Below, one piece after another: positions 38,112 to 47,630 of a stretch of DNA of 64,000 nucleotides (within the stretch, counting starts at the first letter, position 1; each line of letters begins with the position of its first letter). The translations under genes were made by a program, and so were the position numbers. The notes below the pieces were generated by a model. The model saw only the letters and a list, made by a program, of their open reading frames with translations, was not told the origin of the DNA and did not search any database. Source of the stretch: Dehalococcoidia bacterium. GTDB taxonomy: Bacteria; Chloroflexota; Dehalococcoidia; Plut-88900. Where the stretch lies: assembly GCA_965197645.1 (NCBI GenBank), contig OZ240219.1:2400001-2464000 (forward strand), in the 5' to 3' direction.

Positions 38112-39590
38112 ATGGGCTGGAAAGAACACTACAAGAAGAACGCCGTCTCCGCCGAAGAGGCGGTCCGGCTGGTCAAGTCCGGCGACGTCGTGCGCCTCGG
38201 TGGTCTGGGTTGGCCTCAGCCCAAAGTGCTGATAGACGCACTAGCCGCTCGGAGAGAGCAACTGCAGAACGTAGAAGTCCGGGGCTACGCTCCCACTCAC
38301 GACCCCGGATGGCTGCAAGAGGGATGGGAATCCTCCATCCGCCTCCGGACCGAGACCTTCCTGGGGTCCAGCGCCAGACCGGCCCTTGATGAAGGGATCA
38401 TTGACTACTCACCGGTGCTGTTCTCCCAGACTCTCAGGGGCGATGGACAGGCCGATGACGCCAGGTTCGCTGCGGACGTTATGATGGTGGTAGCATCGCC
38501 GCCCAACGAGAACGGGTTCTGCAGCTTCGGGTCCTCCTTGTGGGAAAAGCGGGTCCAGTCCGAGGCCGCCGGAGCGGTCGTGGCCCAGGTCGACGAGAAC
38601 CAGGTCAGGACCTACGGCAGCAACTACATCCACGTATCCAAGATTGATAAGTTCGTTCATCACACCCCTCCCATCCTCTCTCTGGAGGAATCGCAGGCCC
38701 TGGTCCAGGCTGTGGAAGACCCGGAGGCCCGGGAGCTTCTCACCGGCATGGTGCCCCTGATACCCCACTGGGACCGGGCCGAGCTCCTGCCCATGTTCCT
38801 CGAGTCGGACGTCGACAAGCTCCTACGCTACTCCCGGATGCAGGCCTGGTCCGATCCGCCCGATGAAACCAGGAAGATCGTCGGTTACGTTTCGGAGCTG
38901 ATGAGGGACGGAGATACCTTGCAGATAGGCACCGGCACCACCAGCGCTTATCTCGCCGTGCTGGGGGCGTTCGACGGCAGAAAGGACCTGGGCTGGCACT
39001 CCGAGATCGGCGCCCGGGGCATCATCAACCTTATCGAGAAGGGCGTGGTGACCGGCGCTCGCAAGACCGTGAACCCGGGCAGAGCCCTTTTCACGTCCCT
39101 TCACCCCCTGGGGCCCGAGGAACTCTCCTTCGCCATAGATAACCCCATCATCGAGCTGAGAGACGTATCCTACGTCAATGACATCCGGACCATCGCCGCC
39201 CACGACAGCATGGTCTCCATCAACAACGCTATGTCCGTAGACCTGTCGGGCCAGATAAACTCCGAATCGATCGGACACCGAATCTACAACGGCACCGGCG
39301 GCCAGCCCGAGTTCCACATCGGCGCCGTCCTGTCGGAGGGAGGCCGGGCCATCACCCTACTGTACTCCACCGCGCAGGACGGAAAAACATCGAGGATCGT
39401 ACCCGCTCTGGCAGAGGGCTCCGGGGTCACCGTACCCCGCACTTTCGCAGACATTGTCGTCACCGAATATGGAATCGCCAGGCTGCGTGGAAAGTCGTTC
39501 CGGGAACGCGCGCAAGAGCTCATCAGCGTGGCCCACCCGGACTTTCGTCCCGAGCTTAAGCGGGCAGCAAACCAACTCTACTACCACTGA
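38112..39590 (+). CDS. Acetyl-CoA hydrolase / 4-hydroxybutyrate CoA-transferase family protein
   Basis: Motifs SAEEAVRLVKSGD, SPPNENGFCSFG, DGDTLQIG, HSE, INNAMSVDLSGQ, GTGGQ, VVTEYGIARLRG. Confidence 0.9.
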   Translation: MGWKEHYKKNAVSAEEAVRLVKSGDVVRLGGLGWPQPKVLIDALAARREQLQNVEVRGYAPTHDPGWLQEGWESSIRLRTETFLGSSARPALDEGIIDYSPVLFSQTLRGDGQADDARFAADVMMVVASPPNENGFCSFGSSLWEKRVQSEAAGAVVAQVDENQVRTYGSNYIHVSKIDKFVHHTPPILSLEESQALVQAVEDPEARELLTGMVPLIPHWDRAELLPMFLESDVDKLLRYSRMQAWSDPPDETRKIVGYVSELMRDGDTLQIGTGTTSAYLAVLGAFDGRKDLGWHSEIGARGIINLIEKGVVTGARKTVNPGRALFTSLHPLGPEELSFAIDNPIIELRDVSYVNDIRTIAAHDSMVSINNAMSVDLSGQINSESIGHRIYNGTGGQPEFHIGAVLSEGGRAITLLYSTAQDGKTSRIVPALAEGSGVTVPRTFADIVVTEYGIARLRGKSFRERAQELISVAHPDFRPELKRAANQLYYH

Positions 39591-39628
39591 TAATTATGTT
39601 TCTCACGAGCCACTGCACGAGAAAGAAT

Positions 39629-39735
39629 CCCCCGGACTCTCCCAAATGGGAGCTCGGGGGCTGAGGGTTGGGGGATGTCGCCCAGTAGTAATTCGTGCTC
39701 CTTCCCGGTTGGGAAGGGGGTAAGGGGAAAGTTGG
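39629..39735. repeat. GC hairpin followed by a degenerate family B/D-like repeat
   Basis: CCCCCGG..CTCCC-AAAT-GGGAG..CGGGGG hairpin; GGGTTGGGGGATGTCGCCCAG and CCTTCCCGGTTGGGAAGGGGG resemble D and B sub-hairpins. Confidence 0.5.
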
Positions 39736-39738
39736 GAA

Positions 39739-40950
39739 ATGGTATCGAACACTCATTCCTATGACATCGTGACTGTTGGCGGCGGCCTTGCCGGATCGGC
39801 TATTGCCAAGGCCATGGCCGACCGGGGCGCCGACGTGCTGGTCCTGGAGCGCGAGACCCGCATGCGGGACCGGGTCCGCGGCGAGCACATGTGGCCCTGG
39901 GGAGTCGCCGAGGCCATCGATCTCGGGATATATGACGCTCTGTTGGAATGCGGGGGCCACAAGACTCCATACATAAACATGTACCGTGGCGCAACACCGA
40001 CCGGTCGGCGCAACTTAGAGGAGACGTCCCCGCAGAAATTGCCCTCCATGGCCTTCTACCATCCCCAGATGCAGGAATCTTTGTTAGAAGCGGCCGCCTC
40101 TGCGGCCGCGGAAGTACACCGCGGCGTCAGGGTGAGCCGGGTGACGCCGGGCCCGGCTCCCGCGGTAGAGTACGTACAGGATGGGCGCGAGGTAGAGGTG
40201 AGATCCCGGTTGGTGGTCGGCGCTGACGGGAGGACATCATCCGTGCGGAAATGGGGACGATTCAGGTCGCAGAAGGACCCGGACCAGAACTACATCTCCG
40301 GTCTGCTATTCGATGACATGCCCGTCCTCGAAGATACCGCCCACCTGCACCCCTTCCCCAAGTTCGGTCTGCTGGCCGTCTTCTTCCCTCAGGGTCAGGG
40401 TAGGGCCAGGAGCTACTTCTGCTACCCCGCCGCTGAAGGGCACAGACTGGGCGGAGGCAAGGACATCCAGAGATTTGTCGAGGGCGTCCTGAAGGTCGGG
40501 TTGCCGGCCGAGTACTTCGAAGCGGCGAAGGTGGCCGGACCCCTCGCCACCTTCTCGGGCGCTCACACCTGGGTCGATCACCCATACAAGGACGGAGTGG
40601 CCTTAATGGGCGATGCCGCCGCCACAAGCGATCCCACCCACGGCCAGGGGCTGTCCAAGACCCTGCGAGACGCCCGGGTCCTGCGGGACAAGCTCACGGC
40701 AAATGAAAACTGGGACGAGGCCGGACATGCCTATGCCGAGGAGCACGACCGCTACTACGAGATCAATCACACCTTCGAGAACTGGATCTCCAAGCTCCTG
40801 CTCGAGACCGGCCCTGACGCCGACGCCCTCCGGGCCAAGGCCCTACCCACCTGGCCCAGGGACATCACCGGGCCGATAGATCCCCTCTTCTGCGGCCCCA
40901 ACGCCCCCTTGGGCGAGGTCGACCGGATGCAGTTCTTCGGGGAAGAGTAG
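39739..40950 (+). CDS. FAD-dependent monooxygenase (UbiH/aromatic hydroxylase-like)
   Basis: Motifs VGGGLAG, VVGADGRTS, LMGDAA..DPTHGQG. Confidence 0.88.
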   Translation: MVSNTHSYDIVTVGGGLAGSAIAKAMADRGADVLVLERETRMRDRVRGEHMWPWGVAEAIDLGIYDALLECGGHKTPYINMYRGATPTGRRNLEETSPQKLPSMAFYHPQMQESLLEAAASAAAEVHRGVRVSRVTPGPAPAVEYVQDGREVEVRSRLVVGADGRTSSVRKWGRFRSQKDPDQNYISGLLFDDMPVLEDTAHLHPFPKFGLLAVFFPQGQGRARSYFCYPAAEGHRLGGGKDIQRFVEGVLKVGLPAEYFEAAKVAGPLATFSGAHTWVDHPYKDGVALMGDAAATSDPTHGQGLSKTLRDARVLRDKLTANENWDEAGHAYAEEHDRYYEINHTFENWISKLLLETGPDADALRAKALPTWPRDITGPIDPLFCGPNAPLGEVDRMQFFGEE

Positions 40951-40953
40951 CCC

Positions 40954-43900
40954 CTAGGTCACGTAACCGTTCTTGCGGTCCCAGTCCCTTTCGGATTGAG
41001 GCCGGCCCTCAGGATCGCCGAAACCACCCCCGCCGGCCGACAGGGTGAATATCCGGTCGCCGGGCCGTACCGGCACCCCCAGCTCCTTGGACCACAACAT
41101 CCGTTCCACTCCTTCCGATTCAATTCGGTACTCGTGGGCCTTGCCCGGTTCACCTTCGAACAGCCCGTAAGGCGGGTTCACGATACCGTCGCCGGCCGTG
41201 TTGAGCCTGGCACCATCGGTCCCTTCGTAGATCATCTCGAACGCGGTGCCGAGACCACCCCTCCACCTACCATCCCCCGCGGAGTCCGGGCGCAGCTGGT
41301 AGTACTTGATGAAGAAGGGGAACCGCTCCTCGGTGACCTCGACGCTGGGGCTGCGCAGGCCCCCGGCCACGTTTATCTCACCCACGTTTGACCAGCCGTC
41401 GTTGCCTTGGGACGCACCGCCGCCGCCCCGGCCATGGAAGAAGTGCCAGATGAATCCCCGGTCGGAACGGGGGTCTACGCCCGTGATCGCGAACCTCAGC
41501 CTCCGTGAGAACCCCGACGATATGGCGTCCGGCACGGCGGGGGCCAGCGCCTTGAACACCGCCTCGATGATCTCCTCGCCGCAGTGGTTGGTGCTCATGG
41601 TTACCGGCGCGGGCGGGTGCGGGTTCACGATCAGCCCCTTGGGAGCGATGATTGTTATGGGACGCATCGAACCGTCGTTTTTCGCCACGTCAAAGGAGGC
41701 CATGTACATGATCGCCACGTGGGCCAGGGACCGGGTGTTGGGAAAGCCGCTGTTGATGAACCCGGTGACCTGGGGGCTCGACTCGCTCAGGTCGATGGTC
41801 ATCGAGTCACCCTCGATGGTAACGGTAGCTCGAATCGGCACCATCTTGCTGTCGAACCCGTCGTCGTCCAGGAAAGACTCGCCCTTGTAGACGCCGTCTG
41901 GCCAGGACGAGATCATCGCCCGCACCTGGATCTCGGTAGCGGACAGGATGCTATCGATGGTGCGGGTCAGGCTATCGGCGCCGTGGCGCTCCAGGATGGC
42001 GCTGATGCGCCGGGCGGCCATGTTCACCGAACCGATCTGGGCGTTCAGGTCTCCCAGGAAGTTCTCCGAATGGCGCACGTTGGCCGCCAGCATCCGGAAC
42101 AGGTCTCGTCGGGGCACACCCTTGTCGTGGAGTTTCAGCGGCGGCAGGCGCAACCCTTCGTGGTATATCTCGCTGGCGCCCGGGTTGTAGCCTCCCCACG
42201 TCGCTCCCCCTACGTCGCTGTGATGAGCCCGGTTCACCGTGAAGAACATCAGCCTGCCTTCGTGGAAGACGGGGTTGATTACCGTGATGTCGGGCAGATG
42301 GCTGCCCCCGTAGTAGGGGTCGTTCAAGGTGTAGAGATCGCCTTCGCATATCTCGTCGCCGAAGTAGTCCACCACCGCCTGCCCGGCCAGGGACAGAGCG
42401 CTGACGTGGACCGGTATCCCCTCGCCCTGGGCGACGAGCTGGCACTTGGCATCGAGAATACAGGTCGAGAAGTCCCGGCTGGAGTTGAGTATCTGGGACA
42501 TCGAAGTCCGGAGCATTATCTCCATCATCTCCAACGCCACCGATTCCAACCGGTTCTGGACCACGGCCAGGGTGATCGGATCGCTCTCCTCCTTCCGCTG
42601 CTCGGTGGCCGCTTCCTCGGCGACCCTTAGCTCCATACCCCCGAACCGGTCTCCTCGAACCGCGTCTCCCTCCTCGATCAGCACGGTGGTGAAGTCCGAT
42701 TCCAATACTGCAGGGCCCTGGATATCCGAGTCCGGCGACAGCGCCCCCCAACCGTAGACCGGCACATCCTGCCACTTACCCAGGTACATTTGCCGGTAGC
42801 CTTTGCACGCCTTTCCTGATTCCATTGCCGCGTTCGGCTCCGCCGGCGGCGTTTTTTCCAGCCTCCCCAACACCGAGACCCGGAGAGTGATCAGCCTGAT
42901 CTCCTGCTCCGACTGGTGATAGGAATAGAGCTCCTGGTACCGGTTGTGGAAGTTCTCGGCCCAATTGGATAGCAGCGTGGCGTCCGGCTCGGACAGGTCC
43001 GGCAACGGAATAGTAACCTCGTAGACCTGGTCCAGGTACCGCATGTCCGCCGAGTACCGAACGTCGATCCGGTCCTCGGGTACGTTCTGGGCCCGCAGCT
43101 TCTCTCGGCCCTCGGCTTCCAGCTCCTTCAATATCGATTTGGCTTGCCCCAGGTCGATCCTGTCCAAGCTGACAGGATGGGACCGGGAGAAGTCGTAGCG
43201 GAGGTCGGTGGACAACATGCCGTAGGCCGAAAGGACCGGCGCGGCCGAGGGTAAGTAGACCTTGTTTATCTTCAGCTCTCGGGCCACCCGGCTTACGTGG
43301 ATCCCCGCTGCCCCACCGAAGGCCAGCAATGCGAAGTCTCTGGGGTCTGTACCTCGTCGAACGGATTGCAGCCGGATGCCCTCGGCCATGTTGGTCGAGA
43401 CCACCTTGTGAACGCCGTGGGCGGCCTCGACAGTCGATAGGGATAGGGGACTGGAGAGATGCCGGTCTATAGCGTCTTCCGCCAGCCCCTTGTGCAGCTT
43501 CGCCTTGCCACCGAGGAAGTTGTCCGCATCCAGGTAGCCCAGCACCAGGTTGGCATCGGTGACGGTGGGTTGGTCGCCCCCTCGGTCATAGCAGGCGGGA
43601 CCCGGATCGGCCCCGGCGCTCTCCGGCCCGACGCGCAGGATTCCGCCCGAGTCCATCCTCGCCACGCTGCCTCCCCCGGCGCCCAACGTATGTATGTCGA
43701 TCATCGGAACGGCTATCTTCCACCCGCCTTCGAACTTCTCGCCCGTTACGTGGGGCGCCCCGTCCTCTATCAGGGAGATATCGGTGCTGGTGCCTCCCAT
43801 ATCGAACCCTATGATCTTCGACTCACCGATCAATTGAGCATAGTAGGTCGCGCCGCTCACACCGCCGGCCGGCCCCGATAGAATCGAGCGAACCGCCTGC

Positions 43901-44667
43901 TTCTGCGAGTCCTCGATGGCCGCCACCCCGCCGTTGGACTGCATTACCAGTATGTCCTGGGCTTTTCTCAGCTGGACCAGACGCTTTTGCAGGCGCATCA
44001 GGTACTCGCCGAACCGGGGTCCGACGTAAGAGTTGACCACCGTGGTGCTGAGCCGGTCGAACTCCTTGATCTGGGGCAGTATCTCGTGGGATAGGGAGGT
44101 GTACAGATTGGGAAACCGCTGCTTGATCCGATCGGCTACGGCCTGTTCATGGTCGGGGTTCAGGTAGGAAAAGAGAAAGCAGACCGCCAGCGCTTCGACT
44201 TGGTCGGCCTCAAGCCGGTCCAACGCTTGGTCCAGCGCCTCCATATCCAGCTCCGTCGATACTTCGCCGTTGGAGCGCACCCGTTCCGGAACATCCATAC
44301 GGAGGTACCGAGGCACCAATGGCTCCACCTGCTTCATCCGAAGGTTGTACCGGTCCTCCTTCATCCCCTCCCGCATCTCCAGCAGGTCCCGGAAGCCCTG
44401 GGTGGTGAGCAGGCCGACCTTGGCCCCCTTGCGCTCTATCAGGGTGTTCGTCGCTACGGTGGTACCGTGGATGATCAGATCGGTCTCCTCCAGCAAGGTT
44501 TCGAGCGGGAGATCTTGGGCCGCGGCCACGTCCTGCAGGCCGGTCAGGACACCCTCCGACGGGTCGTGCGGTGTGGAGGGAGTCTTGAAGTGTCTCGGAC
44601 CTTCCCCGTTCTTCGCCACCACGAAGTCCGTAAACGTCCCGCCTACGTCGATGCCGATCTTGAACAT
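40954..44667 (-). CDS. Fused hydantoinase/oxoprolinase A+B (ATP-dependent lactamase, HyuAB/OplA-like)
   Basis: A part: GIDVGGTFTD, HGTTVATN, LSGPAGG, DMGGTSTD, SAGADPGPACY. B part: NDPYYGGSHLPD, HHSDVGG, GGGGFG. Confidence 0.92.
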   Translation of the reverse strand: MFKIGIDVGGTFTDFVVAKNGEGPRHFKTPSTPHDPSEGVLTGLQDVAAAQDLPLETLLEETDLIIHGTTVATNTLIERKGAKVGLLTTQGFRDLLEMREGMKEDRYNLRMKQVEPLVPRYLRMDVPERVRSNGEVSTELDMEALDQALDRLEADQVEALAVCFLFSYLNPDHEQAVADRIKQRFPNLYTSLSHEILPQIKEFDRLSTTVVNSYVGPRFGEYLMRLQKRLVQLRKAQDILVMQSNGGVAAIEDSQKQAVRSILSGPAGGVSGATYYAQLIGESKIIGFDMGGTSTDISLIEDGAPHVTGEKFEGGWKIAVPMIDIHTLGAGGGSVARMDSGGILRVGPESAGADPGPACYDRGGDQPTVTDANLVLGYLDADNFLGGKAKLHKGLAEDAIDRHLSSPLSLSTVEAAHGVHKVVSTNMAEGIRLQSVRRGTDPRDFALLAFGGAAGIHVSRVARELKINKVYLPSAAPVLSAYGMLSTDLRYDFSRSHPVSLDRIDLGQAKSILKELEAEGREKLRAQNVPEDRIDVRYSADMRYLDQVYEVTIPLPDLSEPDATLLSNWAENFHNRYQELYSYHQSEQEIRLITLRVSVLGRLEKTPPAEPNAAMESGKACKGYRQMYLGKWQDVPVYGWGALSPDSDIQGPAVLESDFTTVLIEEGDAVRGDRFGGMELRVAEEAATEQRKEESDPITLAVVQNRLESVALEMMEIMLRTSMSQILNSSRDFSTCILDAKCQLVAQGEGIPVHVSALSLAGQAVVDYFGDEICEGDLYTLNDPYYGGSHLPDITVINPVFHEGRLMFFTVNRAHHSDVGGATWGGYNPGASEIYHEGLRLPPLKLHDKGVPRRDLFRMLAANVRHSENFLGDLNAQIGSVNMAARRISAILERHGADSLTRTIDSILSATEIQVRAMISSWPDGVYKGESFLDDDGFDSKMVPIRATVTIEGDSMTIDLSESSPQVTGFINSGFPNTRSLAHVAIMYMASFDVAKNDGSMRPITIIAPKGLIVNPHPPAPVTMSTNHCGEEIIEAVFKALAPAVPDAISSGFSRRLRFAITGVDPRSDRGFIWHFFHGRGGGGASQGNDGWSNVGEINVAGGLRSPSVEVTEERFPFFIKYYQLRPDSAGDGRWRGGLGTAFEMIYEGTDGARLNTAGDGIVNPPYGLFEGEPGKAHEYRIESEGVERMLWSKELGVPVRPGDRIFTLSAGGGGFGDPEGRPQSERDWDRKNGYVT

Positions 44668-44722
44668 GGGCGCTCCTTTGTCGTGAGCCTGCCAACCTTT
44701 ACACAAGTCAAGTGAAATTAGG

Positions 44723-45799
44723 CTACGCCGGCGGCACGAGCTCCAGCTGAAACGAGGTCTGGAAGTTGGTCACGCCGGCCCCGAACAGCCGGAACTTTCG
44801 CCTGGGCGATAGCTCTCGCTCGGTCAGCTCCCATACCGTGCGAAAGATAGTCTTCTCGTCATCGGTAGGTATGGCGAGGGTGGTCTGCCGGGTGAAGGTG
44901 GTGAAATCGGCCAGGCGCAGCTTGATGAATACCGTCTTCCCCTTCAATCCCTCCACCTGCAGCCGCTTCCCCACCGATCTGCACCGGTCCGTCATCTCCT
45001 CCCTGATCAACGACGGGTCTCCGATGTCCTCCGCCGTCGTCCCCTCGGCGCTGACCGACTTGGTCTCATGGTCCGTGGTAACCGGACTGTCGTCGATGCC
45101 GTATGCCCGCTCCTTCAGCTCCGGCCCCCGTTTGCCGAAGGTCCTTTGCAGCCATCCGGCATCCACGTTGGCCAGGTCTCCTATTGTCTTGATATCGTGC
45201 TCTTTCAGGACCGCTCCGGACTTGGGACCGATCCCCCATAGCATCTCTACGTCCAGCGGGGCCAGAAACTCGGACTCCTCGCCCGGCTTCACCAGACGTA
45301 TTCCGTCCGGTTTGGCAACCTGAGAAGCGATCTTAGCCACCACCTTGGAGGTCCCGCCCCCAACGGTAATCGTCAGACCCGTCTGCCGCCACACGGTCCC
45401 CTTGAGCTGCTCCGCCACGCCGTCCACCGTTTCGGGCCGGGCTTGTTCGCTCACGTCCAGGAACGCCTCGTCCATCGAGATCGGCTCCACAAGGGGGGTC
45501 AGGTCATGGAAAACACCCATCACCTCTTCGGACTTCTGATGGTACCGATCGAAACGGGGCGGTATCTGGACCAGCTCCGGACACATCCGGAAGGCCGTGC
45601 GCATTGGCATGGCCGATTTCACACCGAACTGCCGTGCTTCGTAGGAGGCGGATGCTACCACTCCACGGCCGGATACCGATCCCCCTACCGCCACCGGTTT
45701 CGCCTCCAGCCCAGGATCGTCCAGCCGTTCCACCGAGGCGTAGAACGCGTCCAGGTCGGCGTGAAAGATGTAGAGATAAACGGGACGCTCCGACATCAC
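44723..45799 (-). CDS. dinB: DNA polymerase IV (Y family)
   Basis: Motifs HADLDAFYASVE, SYEARQFGV, SMDEAFLD, AKIAS..KPDG, LWGIG; little-finger domain. Confidence 0.95.
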   Translation of the reverse strand: MMSERPVYLYIFHADLDAFYASVERLDDPGLEAKPVAVGGSVSGRGVVASASYEARQFGVKSAMPMRTAFRMCPELVQIPPRFDRYHQKSEEVMGVFHDLTPLVEPISMDEAFLDVSEQARPETVDGVAEQLKGTVWRQTGLTITVGGGTSKVVAKIASQVAKPDGIRLVKPGEESEFLAPLDVEMLWGIGPKSGAVLKEHDIKTIGDLANVDAGWLQRTFGKRGPELKERAYGIDDSPVTTDHETKSVSAEGTTAEDIGDPSLIREEMTDRCRSVGKRLQVEGLKGKTVFIKLRLADFTTFTRQTTLAIPTDDEKTIFRTVWELTERELSPRRKFRLFGAGVTNFQTSFQLELVPPA

Positions 45800-45834
45800 A
45801 CCGCGATCAGGCCAGAATGATGCAACCGGCGGGC

Positions 45835-46974
45835 CTAGTTGAAGTTGGGGATCACCTTCTCCGCAAAGAGCTCCAGACTACGCCTGACCTTCTTGAAGGG
45901 TATGCCGGGGAAGTTGAGGAACAGGGCCAGGTGGTTGCAGCCTGTCTCCGCCCTCAGCCTCTCGATCTGCTCCGTCACGTACTCCGGAGAGCCGACCAGC
46001 ACCATGTCGTGGCTGTACTGGAAATCGAAGATATCCATGGAGGGGTCGTCGTTGGCCAACTCCTCCTCGGTGAGGATGGCCTGGCGCATCTTGGCGGGGT
46101 TGCCGCCCTGCCACCTGGACAGCTGGTTGGCGCCCCAGCGGGCGTACTCTATCGCCTCCTCGGTGGTGTCTGCCACGAAGGCCGGCCTCATTACGCTGAC
46201 GCCCTCGCCATAGGGAAACTCTTTGCCCTCCTTGGCTGACCGGGCTTCCTGGTAGGCCAGCCATGACTCGGTGAGTTTGCCGTGGGAGGGAGAGAAGCCC
46301 ATCGCGTTGATGCCTTTGGATCCAGCGAAGGCGTGAGACCGCACCGAGTCGGCCATCTGATAGATAGGCGGATGAGGTTTCTGCACAGGCCGGGGCTCGA
46401 CCCCCAGCCCGATCAGCTCCCCCTCCTCGTTGTGGTACCTTCGATCTGCTCGGCTCAAATCGCTGGCTTCGAAGTAGCCCGGCTCCGGGAATGTGAAGAA
46501 CTCGCCCTTGTGTACCAGGGCATCCTCGGTCCAGGCCCTCATCACGATATCCAGTGTCTCGGCGAATAGGGCGTAGTTGCGCTCCTTCTCTTTCCTATCC
46601 GCGTCTCGGTTGAACTGGACCGAAGACCGGCTGGGGATTCCTCTGCCTATCCCGAACTCGGCCCTACCCTTGGAGATCTGGTCCAGCATCGCCAGGTCCT
46701 CGGCCAACCGGATCGGATGCCAGTCCGGAATAATCGTGCCGCACTGGCCTAGGCGAAGCTTGGTAGTGTGCGCCGCCATGTCGGCGCCCAGCAGTATCGG
46801 GTTGGGGGCGGCCCGGTACCAGCCGTCCCAGTGGAAGTGGTGCTCCGCTAGCCAGACTGCTCCAAAGCCACCTTCTTCCAGGAGCTTCACCGTTTCGCGA
46901 TACTCGTCTATCAGGGTCTCCCATTGGTAGCTGGCATCGCCTACGTGGTAGTAAAGGGTGCTGTCAAATCGCAT
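45835..46974 (-). CDS. LLM-class flavin-dependent monooxygenase (LuxA-like)
   Basis: Motifs WLAEHHF, WHPIRLAEDLAMLD, GR.EFGIGRG, PRPVQKPHPP, VGSPE, LFAEKVIP. Confidence 0.9.
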   Translation of the reverse strand: MRFDSTLYYHVGDASYQWETLIDEYRETVKLLEEGGFGAVWLAEHHFHWDGWYRAAPNPILLGADMAAHTTKLRLGQCGTIIPDWHPIRLAEDLAMLDQISKGRAEFGIGRGIPSRSSVQFNRDADRKEKERNYALFAETLDIVMRAWTEDALVHKGEFFTFPEPGYFEASDLSRADRRYHNEEGELIGLGVEPRPVQKPHPPIYQMADSVRSHAFAGSKGINAMGFSPSHGKLTESWLAYQEARSAKEGKEFPYGEGVSVMRPAFVADTTEEAIEYARWGANQLSRWQGGNPAKMRQAILTEEELANDDPSMDIFDFQYSHDMVLVGSPEYVTEQIERLRAETGCNHLALFLNFPGIPFKKVRRSLELFAEKVIPNFN

Positions 46975-47052
46975 TTGTCACTCCCCGTCGATGTCTGTGA
47001 GTCCCTATCATAAGTTATCTTCTTCCATCGACTCAAATCACCGGGTCGAGGG

Positions 47053-47118
47053 TAATTGTACACTCATTGAAACAATTAGTCAGCAGAGTTTGACATGCGG
47101 TAGGACTGAATACATACT
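47053..47118 (+). promoter_or_regulatory. Candidate operator and sigma70 promoter of the Mo-hydroxylase operon
   Basis: Inverted repeat TAATTGT-N12-ACAATTA (47053-47078); TTGACA (47090-47095), 17 nt, CATACT (47113-47118). Confidence 0.55.
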
Positions 47119-47137
47119 ACCGCCCAGGAGAGGACAT

Positions 47138-47620
47138 ATGGCAGATCGAAGCGCTATCGGGATGAAGGTCAACGGGCGGAATTATGAGGGTTACGTAGAG
47201 CCCCGCCTAACGCTGGCCGACTTTCTCCGGGCCGAGCTGGGTTTCACCGGCGTACACCTGGGCTGCGAACACGGCGTCTGTGGCGCCTGCACCATCATCT
47301 TCAACGGCGAGGCAGTCAGAAGCTGTCTTATGCTGGCGGTCCAGGGAGACGGCGCCGAGATCGAAACCGTCGAGGGGTTGGCCACCGGCGGTCAGCTTCA
47401 TCCGATCCAGGAGGCCTTCTGGGAGAACCACGGGCTCCAGTGTGGGTTCTGCACTCCCGGATTTCTGATGACCACTTACGCCTTTTTGCAGGAGAACCCG
47501 AACCCGACCGATGATGAGATTCGCGAGGCCCTGTCCGGCAACCTGTGCCGGTGCACCGGCTATCACAGCATCGTGGCCTCGGTGCGCACCGCAGTCGAGA
47601 AACTGAACGCCCGAAGCTAA
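47138..47620 (+). CDS. (2Fe-2S)-binding small subunit, CoxS/XdhC-like
   Basis: Motifs GCEHGVCGACT..SCL, QCGFCTPG, GNLCRCTGY; GAGG RBS before ATG 47138. Confidence 0.93.
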   Translation: MADRSAIGMKVNGRNYEGYVEPRLTLADFLRAELGFTGVHLGCEHGVCGACTIIFNGEAVRSCLMLAVQGDGAEIETVEGLATGGQLHPIQEAFWENHGLQCGFCTPGFLMTTYAFLQENPNPTDDEIREALSGNLCRCTGYHSIVASVRTAVEKLNARS

Positions 47621-47630
47621 AGGAACCGGG

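Noticed and set aside
44723-45830. SOS/mutagenesis cassette around dinB
   Set aside because: There are no imuA/imuB/dnaE2 or lexA genes and no recognisable SOS box; it looks like a lone dinB.
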